Source: Paraspadella gotoi (Eukaryota > Animalia > Chaetognatha). From it: 64,000 nt of DNA. The notes beneath the pieces were generated by a model. The model saw only the letters and a program-made list of their open reading frames with translations, ran no database searches and was not told the DNA's origin. The stretch spans positions 1,660,063 to 1,724,062 of the forward strand of contig CM119271.1 of the NCBI GenBank assembly GCA_051294375.1, read 5' to 3'. The stretch's first letter is position 1; each line of letters opens with the position of its first letter. Both the position numbers and the translations under genes were made by a program. Below, one piece after another: positions 30,723-42,483 of the stretch.

Positions 30723-31037
30723 TTATTTAAACTCCAATTTATGTTTGGGAAAACATACAACAAAATCGCCAGGGAGTTCAACAATGGCTTCAGCGTAATC
30801 CAGCATGTCATTCATTAATTTTGAAAACACATTCACAGGTTTTATGTTTTTAAGTCTTAGTTTATCATCGTGTTCAAATAAAAATCTTTTAAGCTGAATT
30901 TCACGTCTTTTTTTCCACATTTTTTGGCCTTGAGGGATTTTAATAAGTGAGAGGGGATCCCTTACAGGGACCGGCGCTGCACGAAATTGAAGGCGTTTTG
31001 TTTCTTCGTTTTGTCTTCTGCGTCCACTGCGAGCCAT
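30723..31037 (-). CDS. Hypothetical basic protein, 104 aa (MARSGRRRQ...KHKLEFK)
   Basis: Complex, non-repetitive ORF in AT-rich DNA; ATG context TTACAATGG; co-oriented with the RING ORF. Family not recognised. Confidence 0.45.
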   Translation of the reverse strand: MARSGRRRQNEETKRLQFRAAPVPVRDPLSLIKIPQGQKMWKKRREIQLKRFLFEHDDKLRLKNIKPVNVFSKLMNDMLDYAEAIVELPGDFVVCFPKHKLEFK

Positions 31038-31157
31038 TGTAACAATTTTTACTAAACAAAACAAAAGAAAACACTAAAAAAAAGAAAAAAAAAACAGGTC
31101 CGATTCTTGAACCACAAAGTTTCACTTCACTAATCAATCGTAGGTAGAGATCGCCAC

Positions 31158-31376
31158 TCAGTCTTTGCGAACAAAAAGAGCATAGAAAATTATCTCACGA
31201 CAAATGGGACAACGGGTAATCCCGCCCTGGTGAATCAAATTCAAATAGCAAAAATTGCACATGCCATGCCCGCAGAGAGGGAGACGGGCATAGACGTGGT
31301 CGCAAAAGGGCATTGAACATTTCAGACACGCAATCCTTTGCTCTTCAGTCAGGGACGATATTTCCTGATCCACCAT
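31158..31376 (-). CDS. Small C3HC4 (RING-HC) zinc-finger protein, 72 aa, putative E3 ligase
   Basis: C-LK-C-x14-C-G-H-GM-C-NF-C-x12-C-PI-C: all eight ligands with canonical spacing; ATG context CAACATGG. Could be an exon of a larger gene. Confidence 0.75.
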   Translation of the reverse strand: MVDQEISSLTEEQRIACLKCSMPFCDHVYARLPLCGHGMCNFCYLNLIHQGGITRCPICREIIFYALFVRKD

Positions 31377-31516
31377 GTTGCCTCACATTTCATTTAATAC
31401 TAATCCGTCGATTAGTAAATAAACATCATTCAGGAATAACTCTAAAATTCGAATTCGACTGATTATGGTTGTCCAATTTTGGAAGTAAAGGTTATAGGAT
31501 CAAAACCCCAACATCG

Positions 31517-31885
31517 TCATTTTTTTATTCTTACAATTCGTTTTTCCTGACTCTTTGACCTCGGAAGAGGTGAAGCTGCGGCTCCGAGATGGTCGAGGGC
31601 GGCACCTGCATCGTTGAGAGCGGCGTCAGGGCCAACAAGGGTGGCGGCGTCGGCGGTGGCGTCGGCGGCGATGGCGGCGTCGAGAAGAAAGTGGGGCGCG
31701 CCTTGATTGTTGGGGGCGGCAATGAGGGCGGCGTCATGTTCGGGGGTATGGAGGGGGGGATCGACGAGATCGTCCAGATTGCCATCGGCGTCAGCTGGGT
31801 CTAGAACTGGGTGTTCGTCCAAAAACAAAACTGAAAGGTTCATTTCGCCTTCTTCCATCGGCGAAGGTGGCAGAGTGAGCGACAT
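31517..31885 (-). CDS. Hypothetical acidic Ala/Asp/Pro-rich protein, 122 aa (MSLTLPPSP...RIKK)
   Basis: GC-rich ORF in AT-rich context; ATG context TTACAATGT; AATAAA overlaps the last codons. Family not recognised. Confidence 0.45.
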   Translation of the reverse strand: MSLTLPPSPMEEGEMNLSVLFLDEHPVLDPADADGNLDDLVDPPLHTPEHDAALIAAPNNQGAPHFLLDAAIAADATADAATLVGPDAALNDAGAALDHLGAAASPLPRSKSQEKRIVRIKK

Positions 31886-32059
31886 TGTAATTTTTAAACA
31901 GTAGAACAACTTGAAAAGTAAATGTAATCTCATATGTGATTTATTCATTTACAAGATTAACCTTAAACATTAAAAACAGCATCATTTATTAAAAATTAAA
32001 TTAAGTATGTACTCACATGCTTAACAAATTATAAAAATACTAACAGGCAATTTGTAAAA

Positions 32060-32328
32060 TCAACGCCTTTCCCTAAGTCTTCTCTTTGGTTCTTCCACGG
32101 TTTTTATCGGACTCAGTTCATCAAGAGGAGCACCAGTTTGCGATTTAGGCTCTGAGGTAACCGGAAGGCGCGGATCTTCAGCACTAACTTTTGACTTGGC
32201 TTTACGGTTACCGCGTTCAATTTTTCTTGATTTCATTCCTTCTACATCAGAATTGCCGTCCTCTTGCTCTTGAAAAGGTTTCTGGTCTTTTTCTTCTTTT
32301 TCTCTATACCTGAATCGCTTAACAGCTT
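32060..32328 (-). pseudogene. Charged ORF/terminal-exon fragment (AVKRFRYREKEE...RRLRERR*), with stop-interrupted coding-like sequence upstream to ~32690
   Basis: 89 codons after a possible AG acceptor; AATAAA about 70 nt after the stop. The upstream frame (..NFPSIPD*LHIPQEWEIET..) has stops, and no phase-compatible donor was found. Confidence 0.3.
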
Positions 32329-34201
32329 CTTATAAATAAATTAACATTTCAATATTAAAATTTTCATGAAGTATTAAAAAAAATTTACTTCATTGTCATT
32401 TCTTTCAAGTGGTCGCTTGGATCTTGCTTGATTAATATTCATCCGATTAGCTACCGGGATATGGTCTTTTTCAGTAACAGTTTCAATTTCCCATTCTTGT
32501 GGAATATGTAACTAATCAGGAATGCTTGGAAAATTCATTTCTTCGCATAGCGAATCCTGGACCCATCATCGACCAGTTGGAGGTAGTCGAATCACACTCT
32601 CAAACAAGGTTTAACTCTATATGCCTCCTCCAACTCCTCCTCCTCCTCCTCCTTCACTCTTGCCACAGTTTGACAACACAATTCCCAGATGTCCTTTTGA
32701 TTCAAAAAGAAAAAAAAATAATAGGAAAAAAAAGAAAATAATTTGATACTGAAAATAAAAAAAAAAAAAATCCCGAAATTCGATATGAATCGAGAGAATT
32801 AGGAACAAAAGAGCATCGGGTTGCGTGAGCGAAGCTGAGGTAAACAGAAATCTAAAGGTAAACAAAGAAAAAAGAAAAGAAATAAAAAAAAACACTAACA
32901 GAGCAAAACACGAATCGAATCAAAATCGAAATTGGTCCGCTGCTCTCTCTCTCTCTCTCTCTCTCCTCTCTCTTTCCTCCCCNNNNNNNNNNNNNNNNNN
33001 NNNNNNNNNNNNNNNNNNNNNNNNNNNNNNNNNNNNNNNNNNNNNNNNNNNNNNNNNNNNNNNNNNNNNNNNNNNNNNNNNNNNNNNNNNNNNNNNNNNN
33101 NNNNNNNNNNNNNNNNNNNNNNNNNNNNNNNNNNNNNNNNNNNNNNNNNNNNNNNNNNNNNNNNNNNNNNNNNNNNNNNNNNNNNNNNNNNNNNNNNNNN
33201 NNNNNNNNNNNNNNNNNNNNNNNNNNNNNNNNNNNNNNNNNNNNNNNNNNNNNNNNNNNNNNNNNNNNNNNNNNNNNNNNNNNNNNNNNNNNNNNNNNNN
33301 NNNNNNNNNNNNNNNNNNNNNNNNNNNNNNNNNNNNNNNNNNNNNNNTCATCTTTATTTTTTCTGTCCCCGCATGGTGAGACTTCTCCCCTTCCCTTCCC
33401 TCTCCCCCTGCCAATTTTCAATCGCGCGCGTTTTCTCTTCACCTCCTGGCGGCGGTTGTTATCGATTTTCGGTTCGAAAACAAATGAACAAACGATTGAC
33501 TTTTTTTTTCTCGCTTTTGTGGCGAAAAAAGTAAACGACGACGACGACGGTGAAGATGACAAAGGTGATGACGACGAAGATGACAAAGCTGACGACACAG
33601 AGGACGACAATGAAGTTGACGAAACTGATTCATAGAAAATGACAACGTCAATAGCGATAATTTATCATTAAAACAATTTATCAAACGGGAAAACGACAAC
33701 AACGACGATTTGATCTTTAATACAAATTATCCGTAAATCCAATTTCTCCATTTGATATAAAAAAAAAAAAANNNNNNNNNNNNNNNNNNNNNNNNNNNNN
33801 NNNNNNNNNNNNNNNNNNNNNNNNNNNNNNNNNNNNNNNNNNNNNNNNNNNNNNNNNNNNNNNNNNNNNNNNNNNNNNNNNNNNNNNNNNNNNNNNNNNN
33901 NNNNNNNNNNNNNNNNNNNNNNNNNNNNNNNNNNNNNNNNNNNNNNNNNNNNNNNNNNNNNNNNNNNNNNNNNNNNNNNNNNNNNNNNNNNNNNNNNNNN
34001 NNNNNNNNNNNNNNNNNTTTTTTTTTTTTTTTGGTTTAGAATTTGTTTAAATTCGACGAAATCTCTCTTTTCAGGAAATTAAAGTTTATTTTTGCGTTTA
34101 AGAATTAGTTTATATAACAATATTTTACATAAAAATATATTCAATGTATATTCAAATACAATACAACTAACACAATAAAGACACGTCATGGTTCGTAAAA
34201 T

Positions 34202-34240
<39 letters not shown>

Positions 34241-36232
34241 ACTATACCATTACACAAAAAAAGAAATAAATACACGAGAGGTCCGATTCTTGATACAGCA
34301 AAGTCTTTCACTTGTAACTCAATTACAAATCGTAGCCGTAGACGATCGCTCACTGCTCAGTTTTGCGATTCAATACCAATAAATGAGCATCATGATAAAT
34401 ATCTCAGACAAATGGGCACTATACGGGATATTATCCCCACTCTGTCTGATTTACAACATCTAATATCTAACTCACTGCCTTAAGAATGATGCACATGCAC
34501 CGATAGCCCAGGCGAGAGTGAGACGGAGCATAAGACGCTGGTCGGCTAAAAGTGGCATTTGAACATCAGACACTAGTTCACCACATTTGAATACATCTAC
34601 ACAGTCAGTTATCATTCTTCCATCCTTTCTCTTGCAGTCAGGACGATATTTCCTGATCCACCATGTTGCCTCACATTTCATTTAATACTTAATCCGTCGA
34701 TTAGTAAATAAACTCATTCAGATATAACTCTAAAATTCGAATTCGACTGATTATGGTGTCCAATTTTGAAGTAAAGGTAAGGATCAAAACCCCAACAATC
34801 GTCATTTTTATTCTCTACAATTCGTTTTTTCCTGACTCTTTGACCTCGAAGAGTGAAGCTGCGGTTCCGAGATGGTCGAGGGCGGCACCATGCATCGTGA
34901 GAAGCGGACGCAGGGCCATCAAGGGTGGCGGGCGTCGCGCGGTGGCGTCGGCGGCGATTGGCGCGCTCGAGAAGAAAGTGGGGCGCGCCTTGATTGTTGG
35001 GGGCGCAATGAGGGCGGCGTCATGTTCGGGGGTTATGGAGGGGGGATCGACGAGATCGTCCAGATTCCATCTGGCGTCAGCTGGGTCTAGAACTGGGTGT
35101 TCTCCAAAAACAAAACTGAAAGGTCATTTCGCCTTCTTCGCATCGGCCGAAGTGCAGAGTGAGCACATTGTAATTTTAAACAGTAAACAACTTGAAAGTA
35201 AATGTATTCTCATATGTGTTTATTCATCTTACAAGATTAACCTTAAACATTAAAAACAGGGCATCATTTATTAAAAATTAAATTAAGTATGTACTCACAT
35301 GCTTAACAAATTTATAAAAATACAACAGGCAATTTGTAAAATCAACGCCTTTCCCTAAGTCTTCTCTTTGGTTCTTCCACGGTTTTTATCGGACCTCAGT
35401 TCATCAAGGGGACACCAGTTTGTCGATTTAGGTCTCTGAGGTAACCGGAAGGCGCGGATTCTTCAGCACTAACTTTTGACTTGGCTTTACGGTTTACCTG
35501 ATACGTTCAATTTCTTGATTCATTCCTTCTACATCAAGAATTGCCGTCCTCTTGCACTCTTGAAAACGGTTTCTGGTCTTTTTCCTTCTTTTCTTCTCTA
35601 TCCTGAATCGCTTAACAGCCTTCTTATAAATAAATTAAGCATTTCAATATTTAAAATTTCATGAAGTATTAAAAAAAAATTTACTTCATTGTCATTTCTC
35701 TCAAGTGGTCCGCTTGGATCTTTGCTTGCATTAATATTCTCCGATTAGCTACCGGGAATGGTCTTTTTTCAAGTAACAGTTCAATTTCCATCTTGTGGAA
35801 TATGTAAGCTAATCAGGATGTTTGAAAATTTCATTTCTTCGATAGCGAATCCTGGACGCCATCATCGACCAGTTGGAGGTAGTCGAATCATCACTCTCCA
35901 AACAAGGTTTAACTCTATATGCCTCCTCCAACTCCTCCTCCTCCTCCTCCTTCACTCTTTGCCACAGTTTGACAACACAATTCCCAGATGTCCTTTTGAT
36001 TCAAAAAAGAAAAAAAAATAATAGGAAAAAAGAAAATAATTTTTGATACTGAAAATAAAAAAAAAAAAATCCCGAAATTCGATATGAATCGAGAGAATTA
36101 GGAACAAAAGAGCATCGGGTTGCGTGAGCGAAGCTGAGGTAAACAGAAATCTAAAGGTAAACAAAGAAAAAAGAAAAGAAATAAAAAAAAAAGAGCAAAA
36201 CACGAATTGAATAAAATCGAAATTTGGTCGCT

Positions 36233-36303
<71 letters not shown>

Positions 36304-37494
36304 TTCGCTTTGACGATTTTTCATCGTTTATTTTTTTTCTGTCCCCGCAGGTGAGACTTCTCCCCCCTTCTCTTCCCTCTCCCCCTGCGCAATTTTCAAT
36401 CGCGCCGGTTTTCTCTTCACCTCCTGGCGGCCGGTTGTTATCGATTTTTCGGTTCGAAAACAAATGAACAAACGATTGACTTTTTTTTTTCTCGCTTTTG
36501 TGCGAAAAAAGTAAACGACGACGACGACGGTGAAGATGACAAAGGTGATGACGACGAAGATGACAAAGCTGACGACACAGAGGACGACAATGAAGTTGAC
36601 GAACTGATTCATAGAAAATGACAACGTCAATAGCGATAATTTATCATTAAAACAATTATCAAACGGGAAAACGACAACAACGAAGATTTGATCTTTAATA
36701 CAAATTTCCCGTAAAATCCAATTCTCCATTTGATATAAAAAAAAAAAAACATTGAAAACTCTGAAACAACAACGAGGGCATTAACTGACGACGACGACAA
36801 TAACACGACAAGGACGACAACGACGACGATGCCGACGACGACTCGTCGGCTAGCAAGTACGCTCTACTCCACGCGGTGCTAGCGGAACATCCTTTGGATG
36901 GCAAAAGAGACGGGAGGCTCAAGCGATCAAGAGAAAGGAAAGCCGAAAGGCGATCCGATCTGTTTTCTTGAGTAACGGAGTGGGTCAGGCCAGCCGACCT
37001 GGTCACCCTCCCCCTCTTCCACCTTCCCAATCCCTCCCTCCCTCCCTCTCTCCCTCTCTCCTCTATCTTTCCCACCCTAATTAAACAACATTCTGCTGCA
37101 GCCTACTCAAGGCAAGTCTCAAGTCTACGCATCTTAGACAGCTTTGAGAGTGGAGTAGTCCCTCTTGGACGAATGCCTTTCAGTCAGTCAAGACGACTCG
37201 TGCGCCGCGAAAGAATTGGATAAAGAAAACTGCAAAACCTTTGTGACGTATTTTGGACCCGAGATCATTTTCATTTTTGTCTCGATCTCTTTATTTTTTT
37301 TTTTTTTTTTTTTTGTTTAGAATTTGTTAAATTCGACGAAATCTCTCTTTTCAGGAAAATTAAAGTTTATTTTGCGTTAAGAATTAGTTTATATAACAAT
37401 ATTTTACATAAAAATTATTCAATGTATATTCAAATACAAATACAACTAACACAATAAAGACACGTCATGGTTCGTATAAAATCAAAGAAGAGAG

Positions 37495-37534
<40 letters not shown>

Positions 37535-37695
37535 ATGACATGCTCGGTATTGAAAGGCGATGTCTCTCAACGACTTCTCTCCCCCTCGAATTCAGACGCG
37601 TAGTGTTTGTTCCAATTTAGCCAAAGAATTTTCGAGTATTTGAGTTTCCAAAAATGGTGTGTGGTGAAGGAGAGCGAGAGAGAGAGAGAGAGAGA

Positions 37696-37727
<32 letters not shown>

Positions 37728-40049
37728 GAGATAGAAGAGAAAGAGAGAATAGGGAAGAGGCACAAATCGCGNNNNNNNNNNNNNNNNNNNNNNNNNACAG
37801 GGAGTTTTTTTTTTCGCGCCATGTTTAAAAATAAACGAAACTCTCTAAAGCAAAACAATCATGGAAACAAACTCTACACAAGTTTTAAACAAAAAGAAAA
37901 AAAATAGAGAAAAAGACAATAAAAAGAAAAAACCGAAGACGCGCGAATGGGAGGCCGTGTCTCTGTCTCTATCTCGCCCCGGTTTCGCAGTAATTGGTTT
38001 TTTTGTGAAAAAACGTTTACACTTATCATCTCTTTCACTATACCATTACACAAAAAAAGAAATAAATACACGAGAGGTCCGATTCTTGATACAGCAAAGT
38101 CTTTCACTTGTAACTCAATTACAAATCGTAGCCGTAGACGATCGCTCACTGCTCAGTTTTGCGATTCAATACCAATAAATGAGCATCATGATAAATATCT
38201 CAGACAAATGGGCACTATACGGGATATTATCCCCACTCTGTCTGATTTACAACATCTAATATCTAACTCACTGCCTTAAGAATGATGCACATGCACCGAT
38301 AGCCCAGGCGAGAGTGAGACGGAGCATAAGACGCTGGTCGGCTAAAAGTGGCATTTGAACATCAGACACTAGTTCACCACATTTGAATACATCTACACAG
38401 TCAGTTATCATTCTTCCATCCTTTGCTCTTGCAGTCAGGGACGAATATTTCCTGATCCACCATAGTTGCCTCACATTTCATTTAATACTAATCCGTCGAT
38501 TAGTAATAAAAAACATCATTCAGAGATAACTCTAAAATTCGAATTCGACTGATTATGCGTTAGTCCAATTTTGAAGTAAAGGTTATAGGATCAAAACCCC
38601 AACAATCGTTCATTTTTTATTTTACCAATTCGTTTTTCCTGACTCTTTGACCTCGGAAGAGTGAAGCTGCGGTTCCGAGATGGTCGAGGGCGGCACCATG
38701 CATCGTGAGAGCGGAACGTCAGGGCCATACAAGGGTGGCGGCGTCGGCGGTGGCCGTCGGCGGCGATTGGCGGCGTCGAAAGAAAGTGGGGCCGCGCCTT
38801 GATTGTTGGGGGCGCAATGAGGGCGGCGGTCATTGTTCGGGGGTATGGAGGGGGGGATCGACGAGATCGTCCAGATTCCATCGGCGTCAGCTGGGTCTAG
38901 AACGGGTGTTCTCCAAAAACAAAACTGAAAGGTCATATTCGCCTTCTTCCATCGGCCGAAGTGGCAGATGAGCGACATTGTAATTTTTAAACAGTAGAAC
39001 AACTTGAAAGTAAATGTATTCTCATATGTGATTTATTCATCTTACAAGATTAACCTTAAACATTAAAAAACAGGCATCATTTATTAAAAATTAAATTAAG
39101 TATGTACTCACATGCTAAACAAATTTATAAAAATACTAAACAGGCTAATTTGTAAAATCAACGCCTTTCCCTAAGTCTTCTCTTTGTTCTTCCACGGTTT
39201 TTATCGGACTCAGTTCATCAAGGAGACACCAGTTTGCGATTTAGGTCTCTGAGGTAACCGGAAGGCGCGGGATTCTTCGCACTAACTTTTGACTTGGCTT
39301 TTACGGTTTACCTGCGTTCAATTTCTTGATTTCATTCCTTCTACATCAGAATTGCCGTCCTCTTGCCTCTTGAAAACGGTTTGCTGCGTCTTTTTCCTTC
39401 TTTTTTCTTATCCTGAATCGCTTAAACAGCCTTCTTATAAATAAATTAAGCATTTCAATATATTAAAATTTTCATGAAGTATTAAAAAAAAATTTACTTA
39501 CATTGTCATTTCTCTGCAAGTGGTCCGCTTGGATCTTGCTTGATTAATATTCCTCCGATTAGCTACCGGGATATGGTCTTTTTTCAAGTAACAGTTTCAA
39601 TTTCCATTCTTGTGGAATATGTAACTAATCAGGATGCTTTGAAAAATTTCATATTTTCGATAGCGAATCCTTGGACCCATCATCGACCAGTTGGAGGTAG
39701 TCGAATCATCACTCTCCAACAAGGTTTAACTCTATATGCCTCCTCCAACTCCTCCTCCTCCTCCTCCTTCACTCTTTGCCACAGTTTGACAACACAATTC
39801 CCAGATGTCCTTTTGATTCAAAAAAGAAAAAAAAATAATAGGAAAAAAGAAAATAATTTTTGATACTGAAAATAAAAAAAAAAAAATCCCGAAATTCGAT
39901 ATGAATCGAGAGAATTAGGAACAAAAGAGCATCGGGTTGCGTGAGCGAAGCTGAGGTAAACAGAAATCTAAAGGTAAACAAAGAAAAAAGAAAAGAAATA
40001 AAAAAAAAAGAGCAAAACACGAATTGAATAAAATCGAAATTTGGTCGCT

Positions 40050-40120
<71 letters not shown>

Positions 40121-41214
40121 TTCGCTTTGACGATTTTTCATCGTTTATTTTTTTTCTGTCCCCGCAGGTGAGACTTCCTCCCCCCTTCTCTTCCCTCTCC
40201 CCCTGCGCAATTTTCAATCGCGCCGTTTTCTCTTCACCTCCTGGCGGCCGGTTGTTATCGATTTTTCGTTCGAAAACAAATGAACAAACGATTGACTTTT
40301 TTTTTTCTCGCTTTTGTGGCGAAAAAAGTAAACGACGACGACGACGGTGAAGATGACAAAGGTGATGACGACGAAGATGACAAAGCTGACGACACAGAGG
40401 ACGACAATGAAAGTTGACGAACTGATTCATAGAAAATGACAACGTCAATAGCGATAATTTATCATTAAAACAATTATCAAACGGGAAAACGACAACAACG
40501 ACGATTTGATCTTTAATACAAATTCCGTAAATCCAATTCTCCATTTGATATAAAAAAAAAAAAACATTTAAAAACTCTGAAACAACAACGAGGGCATTAA
40601 CTGACGACGACGACAATAACACGACAAGACGACAACGACGACGTGCCGACGACGACTCGTCGGCTGCAAGTAGCTCACCAGCGGTTAGCGGAACATCCTT
40701 TGGATGCAAAAGAGACGGGACTCAAGCGATCAGAGAAAGGAAAGCGAAAGCGATCCGATCTGTTTTGAGTAACGAGTGCAGCCAGATGGCACCTCCCTCT
40801 ACCTTCTCTCCTCTCCTTCCCTTCCTAATAACACTTGCTCAGCCATAAGCAAATCTCAAGTCTAATCAGACAGTTTAATGAACCCTTACGAATGCCTTTC
40901 ATCAGTAGAGACTCGTGCCGGAAAGAAATCTGGATAAAGAAAACTGCAAAACCTTGTGACGTATTTGGACCGAGGATCAATTTCCATTTTTGTCTCGATC
41001 TCTTTATTTTTTTTTTTTTTTTTTTTTGTTTAGAATTTGTTTAAATTCGACGAAATCTCTCTTTTCAGGAAATTAAAGTTTATTTTGCGTTAAGAATTAG
41101 TTTATATAACAATATTTTACATAAAAATATATTCAATGTATATTCAAATACAATACAACTAACACAATAAAGACACGTCATGGTTCGTATAAAATCAAAG
41201 AAGAGAGAGAGAGG

Positions 41215-41255
<41 letters not shown>

Positions 41256-41387
41256 ATGCTCGGTATTGAAAGGCGATTGTCTCTCAACGACTTCTCTCCC
41301 CCTCGAATTCAGACGCGTAGTGTTTGTTCCAATTTAGCCAAAGAATTTTCGAGTATTTGAGTTTCCAAAATGGTGTGTGTGAAGGAG

Positions 41388-41441
<54 letters not shown>

Positions 41442-41713
41442 GAGATAGAAGAGAAAGAGAGAATAGGGAAGAGGCACAATCCGCGACAGGGAGTTTTTTT
41501 TTTCGCGCCATGTTTAAAAATAAACGAAACTCTCTAAAGCAAAACAATCATGGAAACAAACTCTACACAAGTTTTAAACAAAAAGAAAAAAATAGAGAAA
41601 AAAGACAATAAAAAGAAAAAAACCGAAGACGCGCGAATGGGAGGCGTGTCTCTGTCTCTATCTCGCCCCGGTTTCGCAGTAATTGGTTTTTTTGTGAAAA
41701 AAACGTTTACACT

Positions 41714-41770
<57 letters not shown>

Positions 41771-41871
41771 TTGTTGTCTAATGTTTGCTCTTTATTTTCT
41801 GCGTGTTTGACGCCCCGGTTGTCAGAAAAGACCGACTCCCTGGAAAGATGGCGCGAGTTCGTGAACAAGTG

Positions 41872-41953
<82 letters not shown>

Positions 41954-41978
41954 NNNNNNNNNNNNNNNNNNNNNNNNN

Positions 41979-42011
<33 letters not shown>

Positions 42012-42274
42012 TTCGAAGTGATGTATTTGTCAAATCTTATTTATAGTGGGAGCGGAATATACCATAACGTACTTCTCATTTTACCTTAAATCAATTTCTC
42101 TGTAATGTACAATCTAAGCGTTTTTGTTATAATTTAGTTAATTCACTACAAAAATATACAAAAATCAAAATAGACAAAAGAATTAAGATAAACATGAATG
42201 AGCAAAGGATAAGAATAAGTCACAAACAAAAACAACGATCAATTAACTCATCATTAACTCATCATCTTCAAGTG

Positions 42275-42483
42275 TCACAAAATGACGATCGAATTGTCAT
42301 TTTCCCTTCCAATTCGCGATCGAAACTTCCCCCCCTTTTGTCCGGCGTCGAAGACTCTCCCAATCGCCTTCAGCAGCGGGAACTTCCCTTTGCCGCAAAA
42401 CTTCCCTCTAAAATCGTCGAGGTCGAGCTTCCAAATCATTCCACCGGCCAAGCCTTTGTCGATGATGTATTTCGCCTTGATGG
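42275..42483 (-). CDS. GH18 paralog B exon 6
   Basis: [41 protein letters not shown]...NDNSIVIL*. Confidence 0.9.

Larger units (their letters stand above)
31070..41722. repeat. Three tandem copies of a ~3.8-kb unit (~31070-34235, 34236-38033, 38034-41722); probably an assembly duplication
   Basis: Collinear matches visible throughout. Copies 2 and 3 differ from copy 1 mostly by 1-nt indels that destroy the RING ORF and the neighbouring ORF. Confidence 0.9.

Noticed and set aside
34250-39000. Additional RING and acidic-ORF paralogs in repeat copies 2 and 3
   Set aside because: Frameshift-riddled, with an error pattern typical of raw long reads; not annotated as genes.
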